A DNA stretch of 64,000 nucleotides from Callorhinchus milii (lineage: Eukaryota). Below are positions 50,806-63,781 of the stretch, piece by piece. Made by a program: the position numbers and the translations under genes. Where the stretch lies: positions 112,966,001-113,030,000 of the forward strand of contig NW_024704742.1 in the NCBI RefSeq assembly GCF_018977255.1, in the 5' to 3' direction. The notes beneath the pieces are model-generated. The model did not search any database and was not told the origin of the DNA. It saw nothing but the letters and a program-made list of their open reading frames with translations. The number at the start of each line of letters is the position of its first letter. Within the stretch, counting starts at the first letter, position 1.

Positions 50806-50850
50806 TTAAGCTTCCTTGCCACTCCATTGTAGAGTGGCAAGGAAGCTTAA
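50806..50850. repeat. Perfect 19-bp inverted repeat with a 7-nt loop
   Basis: ttaagcttccttgccactc-cattgta-gagtggcaaggaagcttaa. Confidence 0.95.
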
Positions 50851-51081
50851 ATGAGCATTCAGTTTTTTTTCTAGGCTTCATTGAATGAGACCCCCACCAC
50901 ACACAGACACACACATCAAGATTGTTGCATCACCTGAAGGAGTCCCCATGCTGAAGAGCTGACTCGATCATAGAGATTGCCACATGAGTTCCAGCATCTT
51001 CTCTGCTGCACTCAAATGCTATCTCCACTTCACAGTAATCACTTTGAAGTGCTTTAATACATTTGGCATGATATGGTGCTT

Positions 51082-51250
51082 TTCAAGATGGAGGTAGATA
51101 AATATTTGTTAAGTCAGGGTATTAAGGGATTATGAAGCAATGTCGGGTAACTGGACTTGAAATATAGATCAGCCACAATCTTATAAAATAGCAGAACAGG
51201 CTCAAGGGGCTGAATAGCCTACTCCTGTTTCTACGTCTATGTATCTATGA
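51082..51250 (+). mobile_element. CR1 3' end inserted in a SINE tail
   Basis: gaacaggctcaaggggctgaatagcctactcctg; SINE tail halves on either side. Confidence 0.7.
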
Positions 51251-51559
51251 ATGAAATGCAAGGATTAATATTAAAACAGCACAAACACAGACAATCTCAA
51301 TGTAAGTAAGTCAGGAAGAGTATCGTTGAGCCTGGAATTAATTATTAAATCGTAACAAATTTAAAGTGTTTCATAACACATTCAATATGATTTTTAGCAC
51401 ATCAGATAGATTATAAAAATGTAATTTATCACCATATTTCAAATGTAGCTTTACAAGTCATCACTGTAAATTAGAAATAACTTGGTTTGATTTAAAGCTA
51501 AAATGAGCTTAAGATGTAACTACAACCTACCCTTAGAATTTCATATTCATTTAACTATG

Positions 51560-51775
51560 TATCAGTTGTTAATGATTTCACTAAAGGCATCCGTGGTTGA
51601 GACAAGAAACTAAAATGTATCTAAGAGGAAACTTGATGCATATATGAAGGCAAAGGGGAATAGAGGGATATAGAATAGGAGAGGTTTGAAGGCACAGATG
51701 AAGTATAAACATCGGCATGGATCAGTTGGGTTAATGGACTGTTTCCATGCTGTATCATTCTGTGCAATTCTATGT
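51560..51775 (+). mobile_element. CR1 3' fragment
   Basis: gtataaacatcggcatggatcagttggg..aatgg.ctgtttccatgctgt. Confidence 0.65.
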
Positions 51776-52854
51776 ATATCCCTTTGTACACATGCAATGA
51801 CATCTGGTTACGACTTCTGATTATCGGGGTTTATTAATTAGATTTTTCGGGGGTTATTTTGCAATTGTTTAGCAATTTTAGTGTTTTTAAATTGTTTTTT
51901 TTTTCGGGGCTTTCATTGCTGAACTGAAAAGATGAGCCTGTGCACACCGATGGGAGAGAGGTTCCCTCATGCATGCTCAGTGCTTCCCTCCTCTCAAAGC
52001 TTTACCGGTTGTACACAGAGGAGACGGAGAGGCAGAAAGTGATGCATGTGCAGTTGTCACACTGGGAGGCTACCAAGAGCAAATGAGAGAGAAAACCTCA
52101 CCTCAGAGCTATGTGTATTTTCATGGTGTATTTCCAGTGTTTATTCAATAAATATCATTTTCATTTTTTTTGCATCAGTGTGTTTAATCAGGGTTTATCG
52201 GTTAAATCCGAACATCTGATGTTTTACTTATGGTTCACATGTGACACATAATACACATGATTATTTGTACATGGTTTATCCATGGTTCATGATAAAACCC
52301 ACAGTGAATGGTTAATAAACTCTGTTGCTTTTATCTGTTTACCCGTGTTAATGGACTATTCAGACCCAACTATACACTTGAAACCATTGGGTCATTATGG
52401 AGCATGAGTCCTTATGCAATAAACCCTCAGATATTAAACGTATATGTGGGAATTGAGTTGTGTAGCATATTTGGCATGTGATTTTGCCTCATGCGTCAAA
52501 AGAAAAAGTATTCACAGCAAGAACTTCAAATATAATCTTTTTAAATTGTTATCATATGTGTTATTAATAGCCCACTCTTCTGTAGAGTATAATGGGTTCT
52601 TGCTTTGTTGTTCATTTCAGATAAATGGCCAATAATGAAAGGAAGCACATTATGTTCACCAGGACGAAATGTGTTTGCATTTTTGTTGTTACACAAACTG
52701 AATTGATCCTGAACTTTGGCATGGTTCTTAATTATCCCAAAATGATGGGAATTGAGACACCTTCAATTCACAAATTCTTGTCAACCCTAGAACTTAACTT
52801 ATTTCAAGAAAAAAATCTGGTGTTTTTAACTATATGTTTTTTTTAGGAAAACAC

Positions 52855-53056
52855 TGCACTATGCCCCGAGGCTCTGGAACTCCCTTCCTCACTCCCCTCT
52901 CTTCAGGTCTCGGTTGAAGACCTTTCTTTTCGTCCGCACCTTTGGTCACCTTCTTCCCCCTCCCCCTGGCTTGGCGCCGGGATCCATTACTGTGAAGCGT
53001 TCTGAGATGCCATCTGGCATGGAAAGATGCTATATAAATCCAAGTTGTTGTTGTTG
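52855..53056 (+). mobile_element. L2 3' end, second family
   Basis: cactatgccccgaggctctggaac...(ttg)n. Confidence 0.85.
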
Positions 53057-53123
53057 CAAACTATCACAGTTACAACCTGCCTTCTACCTTATACCCTGCT
53101 CAGTGACAAATTTATAGACACAG

Positions 53124-53831
53124 TGTAAGGGTTAATTTATTTTTATGACCCTGCAGTGAAGTAAGGACTGGCACAAATGTTTATTAATTCAGATTAATAA
53201 TAGTTGTAAGCAATTAAAAGAATACATCTAATTATGCTTATGTATCCACGTATACTGTAGTTCATAATGATTTAAGTTGACCAAACCAAATGCTCGGGAG
53301 AGATAGAGGAACAATCTTCAATTTAATGTCTCATTTGAATCCAAATATAAGTCCCCAAAAGGTATCCAAGTATTGTTCCCATTTCGATATCATCAAAAGT
53401 ATCCAGGTATTATTGTACGTTTAGTTTTGTTTAAATCAGAGTCTTGAGCTTCCTTCTTTAGAAGCTGGAATATGGTTCACAACTCCAATTTATTCTTTCT
53501 CCCTTTTCATTTTGAATCGATCTCCGTTTATACTGTTGATTGGGTGACCTTTCACCTATTTGTCTTTTGCAAGATGGTTCCTTTGTAAAAAGAAATGCAA
53601 TATAGCTCTTTCCAGCTGCAGACCATTTCTCCATGAGAAAATTACTCATAAGGAATAAAAATAGTTTGCTCTTAATAAGCAGTCTTTTGTTTGTCCTCCT
53701 TGAGAAAGGATTTTCTTTGAAACTCGTCACAACCAACTCCCCTCATATGGGATTGATCATATGTTTCATATCTATATAAACATCACAAATATAATTTAAG
53801 ATGTTATTTAACACATTACGGAAAACCAACA
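53124..53831 (-). mobile_element. Solo LTR-like element, copy 1
   Basis: Minus strand TGT...ACA ends, CCAAT then TATAAA (53543-53527), AATAAA near its 3' end; homologous to 58224-58739. Confidence 0.7.
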
Positions 53832-53894
53832 TTGACACAACCCATTCAATACAAGAACATAATCCTCTTATCTCGAACTTTTTTCATTTTGTGG

Positions 53895-54865
53895 CACAAT
53901 AAAATCAGCCTTTGTTTTTGCCAGTTTTCTCCGTCCACCCCACCCCCACCTCTTTCCTGAAGGCACTGACATTTACCACAGTGTGCTTCCATGGCCAATA
54001 GCTTTCCTCCAGTATTTCATTTGAATATCCATTTTCCACATACCATCCTAGGCAGAGGGAATGTTGGCAGGTTATTCAATCGCCAAGGGCAATGCACAAA
54101 AGCCCAAAAAGTTAAAAGATCCGAAATGTAATAAACTTTACAATCGTTCTCAGGCCTTTCATGTCAGGAGGATGTCTCAAAGCACTTCACAGGATTTACT
54201 GTAACGTACAGTTACTGTATCTTAGTGGCAACTAATTTTCACACAGCAATGCCTCACAAACAGCTATGAAGTGAATCGCCATTGTTATATGGGGGATTGT
54301 TAGCCAAGGCACTAGGAGAAACTCAGTTCTGGGAACTTTAATGTCCACCTGGACAGGTAGATGGGACCTCAGTCTAACATCTCATCCGAAGGACAACACT
54401 TCTGACAATGGAAAGAAGTATCAGCCTAGACTGTGAGTTCAAATTCTTAATGTGGAGTTTAAACCCACAGGCTTATGACTCAGATAATATAGGCTGACAC
54501 TGATGTCTCATGTTTCTTATGTCCCTAGGCATAAGACCATTGTGTTAAAATTTGGGAAACAATGTTGAGTTCAGCCTTGATTTGGGAACCAATTTCTTGC
54601 AGCAACCACACAAAATTTCACATTAATGGTTTTTGGAATAAGACTGAATTGAAGGCAATGATCTTAAGCCTAAGAACAATCTAAATTTCAGGCATCCGAT
54701 GCTCCCAAATATTTTTCAGTAATTAACTGGATATCAATCAAGAGCGGATTGATTCTTCCTCTATTTCCCCCACACCACCACCACCATACAAGGTTAGGGA
54801 CAGTATTGCCAAATGTCAATTCAAACTATTTCCCCAGATGAGTTGAGCCTGCTCAGCATAGACTA
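53895..54865 (-). mobile_element. AmnSINE2-like ancient SINE fragments (53895-54105, 54650-54865) around a Deu SINE (54130-54500)
   Basis: cctgaaggcactgac, cctag.cag..tgttggcagg.tattc, actggata.c.atca.gagcgg, ctcagca.agac, compared with the consensus from memory. Confidence 0.5.
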
Positions 54866-55370
54866 CACCGACTGTATCTCAAAATGGTTTCAAGATTCTC
54901 AATTTGATTCAGTAAACAAATGTTGCAAGGTTGAATGTAAAAGCTTTGGCCAATTTGGTGAATTGTAGAGCCATTAATCTTTAGCATTGAGAATCAGAAC
55001 CAACCCTTGAGAGTAGGGATCGATACAAAGTCCATTAACAAAGCTATTAGGTGAACACATGCACAGTAAGGAGATGGTCATCTTTGTCAATGTGTGCCTG
55101 TGAGCAGAACCAACCCATATAAAAGTAAAGCTCACTAACATTGCAGATGTTTTAATAATAATCTCTGCATTTAGTATAATCCCTTTCATGTCAGATCAGT
55201 CACAGGATTTAACTGTTAATTAGAGGGAATGTATTAGTAGGCAAGCACATCAGGTCAGATTACGGTACTCAACAAGGGCTACAGTTGGGTCACCAGATAT
55301 GCCACACACAAACACGTAGGAACTCTATCCCAAAGGAGATTGATTGGAGCACAATTACTTCAATTTGGAT

Positions 55371-55845
55371 TACAATAACAACAACAATATTACATTTGTA
55401 TAGCGTCTATCACATAGGGAGGACGTCCCAAGGCGCTGGACAGACAGAATTACAGACCTGAGCTGAGGTTGGGGTAGGGCAGGGTGGAAGGCAAGGGGGG
55501 AAGCAGGGAGATCGAAAGCACGGTCAAAGAGGAGGGTTTGAGGTGGGTCTTGAAGGGAGCGAGGGAGGGGGTGAGACAGAGGGACTGGATGGAAGTTCCA
55601 GAGAGTGGGTGCAGAGTGGTGGAAGGCCCGCCTGCCGATAGTGGGGCGAGCAAGGTGAGGGACATGAAGCAGGCTGGAGCCCACTGAACAATGGAAGCAA
55701 ACAAGATGGTAGGGGGTTAGGAGGCCGGAGAGGTAGGGGGGAGCAAGACCATGGAGTTCTTTGAAGGTGAGGACCAAGATCTTGAACTGTATCCTCTGTG
55801 TGATGGGAAGCCAGTGGAGTTGGACAAGGATGGGGGTCATAGGGT
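55371..55845 (-). mobile_element. L2 3' portion without the antisense insert
   Basis: LHWLPITQRIQFKILVL..GRRAF..APTLWN; tail. Confidence 0.9.
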
Positions 55846-55964
55846 TAATACACAATTGATGGATTCAATATTTATACTTTGCAAATTCAGATTGCAAATA
55901 TTGCATTTTCAATTATTGTAGTATCTTTAGGAGGACTCTCCCCAATCAAAACAAAAATAAATAA

Positions 55965-56140
55965 TTTTTAAAAAATAATAATAATTTGGTCACTCAATCC
56001 ATGACTGTTTGTCACATGCTGCTCTGTGCAATTGGCTGCCGCATTTCGCCCATAAAATATGCAGCCAATACACTTTACAGTGTATCCTGTGAAGCACTGT
56101 GAGACACCTCAAAGATGTGATAAGTCACTATTTTTATTAT
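55965..56140 (+). mobile_element. Deu SINE 3' half
   Basis: ttggtcactcaatccatgactgtttg..gtgcaattggctgccgcatttcgccc. Confidence 0.8.
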
Positions 56141-56534
56141 TGAAGGATAATATCAAACGGCCAAAGGGCCTTCTTCATCCAAACTGTTTTTGTGATCTCA
56201 TGTGATCTTGTGAAGTTTTTACCTCGTAACATTAATGTCTACTTAGCTCTACCAAGGCAATGTTTGAAAAATGTCATTAAATATTGAAAGTAACAGAATG
56301 ATTGATGTTGAGCTTGAGGTATTATTATCTTTGCAAAAAAAGTCCATCTGTGTTTAGTTTTTATTTGGTTTGGCTGGAATAAGTTAACTGTTTAACATGT
56401 GTCATTCTGGAAGAGCTAGATCCCTTTTTGTTTGTTTTAGACATGTGTGCTTCATATTCAAGAGTCCTTTTAACTACATTGTGGTCATCAAGGAAAATTG
56501 TCAGATATCTTTCTTCATTGGGCTTCTATTTTGC

Positions 56535-57693
56535 TTACATAAGAGACTTGTAAGCAAAATAGAAGCCCACAGTATTAAAGGGACAGTGGCAGCATGGATA
56601 CAGAACTGGCTGGGAGACAGAAAGCAGAGAGTGGTGGTGAACGGTTGTTTTTCTGACTGGAGGGAAGTGTGCAGTGGTGCCCCCAGTGATCAGTATTGGG
56701 ACCACTGCTGTTTTTGATCTATATAAATGACCTGGACTTGGGTATAAGGAGTACAATTTCCAAGTTTGCAGATGATACTAAGTTAGGAAAAGTAGTAAAC
56801 AGTGAGGAGGATAGTAGCAAACTGCAAGAGGACATGGACAGACTGGTAACATGGGCAGACACGCGGCAGATGAAGTTTAATGTGGAGAAATGCGAAGTGA
56901 TGCATTTTGGGAGGAAGAATGAGGAGAGGCAATATAAGCTGATGGTACAATCTTAAAGGGGGTGAAGGGACAGAGAGACCTGGGGGTTCATACAAGTAAC
57001 TCTCTGAGGCTGGCAGGACAGGCAGATAAAGCTGTTAAAAAAGCATATGAGATACTAGACTTTATAAATAGGGGCATAGAATACAAAAGTCAGGAAGTTA
57101 TGATGAACCTTTATAAAACACTGGTTAGGTCCCAGATAGAGTACTCTGTTCAGTTCTGGGCCCCACACTTTAGGAAGGAGGTCAAGGCATTGGAGAGGGT
57201 GCAAAGGAGATATACCAGGATGGTACCAGGAATGAGGGACTTCAGTAATCAGGACAGGATAGAAAAGCGAGGATTATTCTCCTTGGAGCAGAGAAGGCTA
57301 AGAGAAGACTTAAATAGAAGTTTTCAAAATTATGAGGGGATTCGACGGGGTGAACAAGTAAAAATTATTTCCACTGGCGGGTGGGTCGGTAAACCCCCGG
57401 ACACCAATTTAAAATAGTTGTTAGAAGAAACAGAGGGGATGTGAAGACAAATTTTTTCACACAGCGAGTTGTTCGGATCTGGAATGCATTGCCTGAAAGG
57501 GTGGTGGAAGTTGATTCAATAACAGCTTTTAATAGAGAAGTGGATAATTATTTGGGGAGGTCAAGTTTGCAGGGCTATGGGAGAGAGCGGGGGAGTGGGA
57601 TTGAATTGGATAGCTCTTTTCAAAGAGTCAGCACAGACACGATCGGCCGAATGGCCTCCTTCAATTAGGTATAATTCTATAATTCTATGATTC
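56535..57693 (+). mobile_element. CR1 RT C-terminal half to 3' end, frameshifted
   Basis: HKRLVSKIEAH, GPLLFLIYINDL..SKFADDTKL, QFWAPH, FFTQRVVRIWN; (attctat)n tail. Confidence 0.93.
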
Positions 57694-58223
57694 TTCAAGG
57701 CTGATGTAAATCTACACACATTCATTATAAACCAATAACAGACTCACAAACTGCTAACAATACATTTCCAGATGTCTTCATCTGCTCTCTATTTGTTAGG
57801 CAGATTGGCTAAGATTAAAATGTTTAAAAAATTTAAATATTATATTATTTGTTCGGGCCGCAACTGTATCAACAAACGTAAATTAGTGCTTTCCCCCTGC
57901 TATGCCTAACATTGTGTTACTAGACATGTAATTGAAATGTTGATGTTATCTTCCTAACATCATACAATTGTTGCATGTTATAATTGATCATTGCACTGAA
58001 TTGGTTTTCTTGAAATTCAAAGCTTGATAGAAATACAACTCAGAAAAATATTAGTGCTGGCATAGTCTTCTCACTGCATAGTACAATGTCTGACCTCCCT
58101 TGTCTGAAGGTAGTTACCGGTTATTCTGCAATGCCCTAATGGGAGAGGTTAAGGTCAGGTACCGGATTGAAGAGATTTTGATAAGATGTAGTTTATACAG
58201 GTTGGGGGAGGAGGAAGTTAGGG

Positions 58224-58739
58224 TGTAGGATTTCTGTAATTAATGTGTTAAATAATATCTCAAATTATATTTGCGATGTTTATGTATTTGAGACATATGA
58301 TCAATCTCATATGAAGGGAGTTGGTTGTGACTAGCTTCGAAAGAGATCCTTGTTCAAAGAGGAGAAACAAAAGACTGTTTATCAACAACAAACTGTTTTC
58401 ATTCCTTATCAGTCATTTTTTCATGGAAAAAATGGTCTTTTGGGTGATATCGAACTCGAAACCATACAACAATACTTGGATACCTTTTGAGGACTTATAT
58501 TTGGATTCAAATGGGACACTAAATTGGACATTGCTCCTCTATCCCTCCCACAGCATTTGGTTTGGTCAACTTAAAACATTGTGAATTAAATATACGTGGA
58601 TGCTTAAGCATAATTAGATGTATTATTTCAATTACTTATAAGCATTATTAATCTGAATTAATAAATCTTGATTAATTGTACAACATTTGTGTCAGTCCTT
58701 ACTTCACCGCAGCATCATGAAAATAAATTAACCCTTACA
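58224..58739 (+). mobile_element. Solo LTR-like element, copy 2, internally deleted
   Basis: tgtagg...aataaattaacccttaca; lacks the roughly 200-bp CCAAT/TATA block of copy 1; ggg on both flanks. Confidence 0.7.
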
Positions 58740-59089
58740 GGGTATAGGATCACTGGTGATAATTATCACATCACAAATATAGATGTTTTTAAAAAAATGA
58801 TTATTGTTAATATTTATCATCGTTTGCTTAGAATAAGTTCTGAAGTCAAACAAATCTAATATTTCTTGCTTTCTTCAATGTTACCCAACTTGTATCAAGT
58901 GTATAATGACTTCTATTCTACTCATAGTCCAAGACATTTTATTGATTAAAATGATTTAAGAAATTTGGGCATCATTTAATAACTCATGACTGTAGTTTCC
59001 TTCATATAAAATCATATTTTGTAAAATTCTTAATGGTCTTATATTTTAGGGTAATATTCTTAAACCATAACATTGATTTTTAGGTTTCC

Positions 59090-59960
59090 ACCTCTAAATG
59101 CAACTCTAAACCAGTGCAGTCTTGTTCTACCATCTTGATGCATTTGAAAGTATTATCTGGGTTCACTGTTTTCAATCCTATTTAAAATTGCATGCACCTC
59201 TCTAAGGTCCACTCTGAGAGATCATTTCTCAAGACTGAAAAGCCTGAGCTTGTCTAATTGTTGCTCATTGCTTATTCCTCTTAACACTGGGGATCATCCT
59301 CATTGCTCTCTTCGACATTGCTTCTAGCCCCCTCATGTTGTAGCAACCCAAACTGTATGCAGTATGTCCAGGTCCATCCCAACCAACAACAATTTAATAT
59401 AGCACCCTTCCCGGAGCATTTATTAGTGGTGGAGTCTGACCCCTAGCCAGGGGAAGAGGGAGGGTGGAGGTGACCATAAGCATGATCAAAAAGGAAGGTC
59501 GGGCAGAATTTGAAAGTGGGGAGGGAGGGGATTTTCAGAATTTGAAAGTGGTGGAGGGATTGAGGGAGAGAGTTCCAGAGTAATTGGGGCATAGTGGCTG
59601 AAGGCACAGCCACCAATGCTGGAACATAGGGGATGAGGGACCAACAGGAGGTTCGGTTGATCCGCTTGGTAATCGGAAGCCAGTGGAACCTGACAAGGAC
59701 TGGTTTGATGGAGGTATGGAGTTTTGTGTGGGTGAGTATCCAGGTGGCGGAGTTTTTAATTAATTGAATTTTGTGTATGGGAGACCAGCGAGGAGGGCAT
59801 TGAAATAGTCCAGCCAGGAAGTGATAAAGGCGTGGACGAGGGTTTCAGCTGTTTCGGTTATGAGGTACGGACAGAGTTGGGCAATTTGACAGAGGTGGAA
59901 AAATGTGGTCCTGGTCAGGTAACAGATGTGGGGTAGAAAGCAAAGCTGGGGATCGAACCT
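59090..59960 (-). mobile_element. Old CR1 fragment (59090-59372) and L2 3' fragment (59380-59960)
   Basis: [35 protein letters not shown]; antisense CR1 text. Confidence 0.7.
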
Positions 59961-61184
59961 GAAAGAGAGCACTATACAGCTTGAGTAGGACTTCTGGCAC
60001 AAGAGTGCACGAGTCTAATGCAAAAAGTTGTACACGAGATAGTTGTGTCTGTCAGACATTTTGCAAACATAATGAATAATGCGGAGTAATCTCGAAGACA
60101 AAATAGAATAGGGAGAAAACATAACTAGTAATCCAGGAGCAAGCTAAAAATAAAATTCAGCAATACCATTTAGATGAAATTTACAGCAGTTGTCACAAAT
60201 TTCCTGGCATGATGTACAACATAAATAACATTTCCTAAATTAATGTAAATAGTATGCATGCATAATGAATTAAATCCACATCGGTGATGACTCTCCTGGG
60301 TTTTGTAGCACATTTTGTTTCCAAAATTCAAGAATTAGTGGAATTTATTATAAGCTGCAATTCATTAACTGTCAATGTTTCATGCTTTTAATTAATAATA
60401 CTTGCCTGGCCTATTCAGTAGAGCAGAACATAAAAGCATATTGACTGGAATTGATAAACAAGTACTGTAACTAATGGAGATGGAATCAGGGTATGCTTTA
60501 GGCATTTGGGTTTCTGATAGCTAAATATAACACACAACCGCTTTGTCAGATCTGAATGCCAAATTTGATACTTTTAGATCAGTGTGACAGGAGTGAATGT
60601 CTGCTCCGCTCAGAGTTATCAGGTACTGGAAGTTTGTCTTCTTCTAAGGATTCCTGAATTCATTAGCATTCAGATCCAATCTATTGTATAAGTGAAGTAT
60701 GGTTCTGAATTATGCAATTAGCTTGCTTTAATTGCGATCACACATTTTTTGTGCAGAGTAGAATTTACCATGACAGCTGTAAAAAGACTTATAGTGTGAA
60801 CAGTGAAAGTTCATTTAATTTCGGACAAGCTCTACACCTTTTGCTAAACCTGCGGATAGTTTATGAAAACCCATGACTATTCGTACACATTCTTTAGCTG
60901 AATATTCTCCGGATGATGCTTGTGATTATTGTGCAATAAATATAACCGACACCTTGTACAGAGTAAAATTATATGGTCTGTGTTTTTCTCTCTATACTCA
61001 GAGAAAGGTCTCAATACATGTACATGTATTACAGAGGAGAGAGGAGCTTAGTGTTTTGTCATTGTTATTTTAAAGTTAGCTTTGCTTAACTGGTAGCACT
61101 TTTGTCTCTGTCTCAGAAGTGCCAAATGAGGATTTGAGCTTGACTGGCTATTATTCTTCAAGTGGACGTTGAAGATCGCATGTA

Positions 61185-63430
61185 TATGAAGGTCCTTGAA
61201 GGTGAGTACGAGAATTTTGAACTTGATCATCTGAGGGATCGGGAGCCAGTGGAGCCAGGCGAGGGTGAGTGCGATGGAGTCATGGAGCCTGGTGTGCAAG
61301 AGGCCATGAGTTGCAGAGTTCTGGATGATCTGCAGCTTGTGGAGGGAAGAGTTGGGAAGGCCGACAAGCAGGGTGTTGGCATAGTCGAGTCTGGTTGTAA
61401 CAGAGGCATGTATGAAGGTTTCAGCAGCCTGAGAGGTGAGGCAGTGGCGGAGTTGGGAAATGCTACGGAAGTGGGGAAGGCAGAGAAGGTCATGGCATGG
61501 ATATGGGGGAGAATGGACAGTTGAGGGTTGAACAAAATGCCTAGGTTCCTGACTGGCTTGGTGAGATGGAGTGTGCATCTGTGGATGCTGATACTGCCAG
61601 TGCCTGAGGTGCCTGAGATGTGGAAGTGCGGCGTGAGCCAATAAGGAGAGCCTCGGTCTTGCTAACATTCATCTGTAGAAAGTTGTCTCTCACCGAGGAC
61701 TTGATGTCTAACAGGCAGTCTGTCAGGACATCAGTGGTCCTGGGATTGAGGATAGAGGTGGAGGTTGGAAGTTGACCCCATGTGTATGGATGATATCACC
61801 AAGAGGCAGCATCTGCAGGTTGAAGTGGAGAGGACCGAGGACAGAACCCAAAGGAATACCACAGGAGATGGAGCGAGGGCTGAAGGAGAAGCCATTTGTG
61901 GAGACAAAGTGCAGCCAGTGTGAGAGATAGGATCTAAAGAATTCAAGGACAGAACCTTGAAGGTTAAGGTGCGAGGAGGTAGAGGAGGATAGAGTGGTCC
62001 ACAGTGACAAAGGCAGCAGAGAGGTCGAGGAGGATGAGGAGACAGAGGGAATCTTTATCACAGATGGACAGAATGTCATTTGTCGCCTTGACCAGGGCTG
62101 TTTCTGTACTGTGGGCCTTGGACCTTGGAAAGAAAGGGAGGTTGGAGATGGGACAGTAGTTAGTGAGCAGGGATGGATCCAGGGAATGATTTTTTTAGGA
62201 AAGGGGTGATGACAGTTATTTTTAGGGGGTGGGAATGGTGCCAGTTGACAGGGAGAGGTTGACAAGGTCTGAGAATAGAGGGGCATGGAGGTTGAGCTGG
62301 GAGGTAAAGAGAGGGCTAGGAGTGGGGAGAAGGATTGAGGAGTTACCGGGGATGAAATGGTGATTGGAGATGGCTTTGTCTGTGATTGTCATAACCGAGA
62401 CACTGAGGTTCCGGGTAATCAGAGGCAGAGGGAAGCTAGAAGGGCGGAGATGTCAGAGATGAAGGTGGAGGAGGGTTTGGGGGGATGATAGATAAATCAG
62501 GAGAATTTTGAGGGAAAGATTGGAGGGATGGTAGAGGGTAAGGTGTTCGAAGGAGGGAAATGAGCCATAGGAGTAGTGGGATAGAGCAAGTGAGCACCTG
62601 AGGATGAGGGCCACACCACCTCCATGGTGGTTAGGAAGTGGGGTATGGTGGAAGGTATAGTGAGGTGGTGTGGCCTCAATCAGGGGAAGATGTTGCCTGG
62701 GGTGATCCAGGTTAGAGTGAGGGCCAGGATATCGATGTTTTCATCAACGGTGATGTTATTGATGGTGAGAGCCTTGTGGGAAAGGGACCGAGCATTGTGT
62801 AGGCTGATGCGGAGGGGACCATTGGCAGAAGAATGTGCGAGATGGGAGGGGGTGGTGGGAGGATTAGCAGGGAGGATGGGAATGTGGATGAGGGAAGGAA
62901 GTCTAGCTCCAAGGTCTGGATCTGGCGGGGCTTGCGGTGATAGTGGGGAATGGGGTAGTCAGTGTGGCTGCTGCTGGACAGCTAACAGCGAGCCCAACGG
63001 AGGATTCCCAGGCTGGAGCAGAGGGAGGCTGTGGATGGTCAAGTGGGGATCGGAGGTGAGGAGGATGGAGAGAGAGGAGGACAGAGCGGGATAGTTGCAG
63101 GGTAGGGAGCACTTTTGGGGAAAAGCTCAGGTCGTAGGCGGCAACCAAGATGCGCATGTCGGAACTTGAGTCAAGCGATTAGTAGTGAGGCATGGTCAGC
63201 CCACAGGCATAAAGACTATGGGGGCTAGAGGTGGCCCAGAGGGGCAGAGCACTCGTTGTGTTATCCACCAGGTTGCCCAACCTGGAAGATAACACCGAGC
63301 AGCCTGCAGGGAAAAGGCAGAGGAGCAGAAGGGGATCCAATAGACTATACTATACCGGTTCCAGGGATTCAAACCCAGGGGGCGGAAGTGACATCATACC
63401 GGGGTTTAGGCGGGGGTTTGTAACCTTTGC
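61185..63430 (-). mobile_element. L2 retaining its 5' region (leader, APE endonuclease N-terminus, RT), decayed and internally deleted
   Basis: My translation near 62700-62820: LRISLHNARSLSHKALTINNITVDENIDILALTLTW; RT remnants GIPLGSVLGP; LHWLPIPQMIKFKI. The 5' boundary is uncertain. Confidence 0.8.
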
Positions 63431-63622
63431 ATAACCTGCCAAGATTCTGATCCAGCTCAAAAATCACAAGAAATGTATGTTTTTTGTGAATTTACAAGCT
63501 AAGCACGCAGTAAATATGAAGTGCTGTGCACAAATGGTTATGACCAAAGATTTGTTTGACTCATGCTAAAGTTCTAAACTGTGCGACAACGATCCAGTAC
63601 CACACAGTGGAATAGAATTGAT

Positions 63623-63781
63623 TAAAACAACAACAAATTGCATTTATATAGTGCCCTTCACGCTGGAGGGCATCTCGGAGTGCTTGTGAAATAAGTTGGA
63701 TGCAAGGTTGTTTCTGCTGATAACTTTGAAGTCCTCCCGATGTGAAAGGTGCTCTATAAATGTAATTTTGTTGTTGTTGTG
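63623..63781. mobile_element. Two L2 3' tails in opposite orientation
   Basis: (caa)n-ttgcatttatatagtgccc on the left; ctcccgatgtgaaaggtgct..(ttg)n on the right. Confidence 0.7.

Noticed and set aside
58321..58584. Paralogous ORFs at 53458-53736 and 58321-58584 as a gene pair, or a chromodomain (NTWIPFEDL)
   Set aside because: Differences between the copies fall about equally on all three codon positions by my count, and stops and indels are present. They lie within LTR-like repeats.
53124..58739. A single DIRS, Polinton or long-TIR transposon
   Set aside because: The interior has no recombinase, integrase, polymerase or transposase remnant, only SINEs, LINEs and unique DNA
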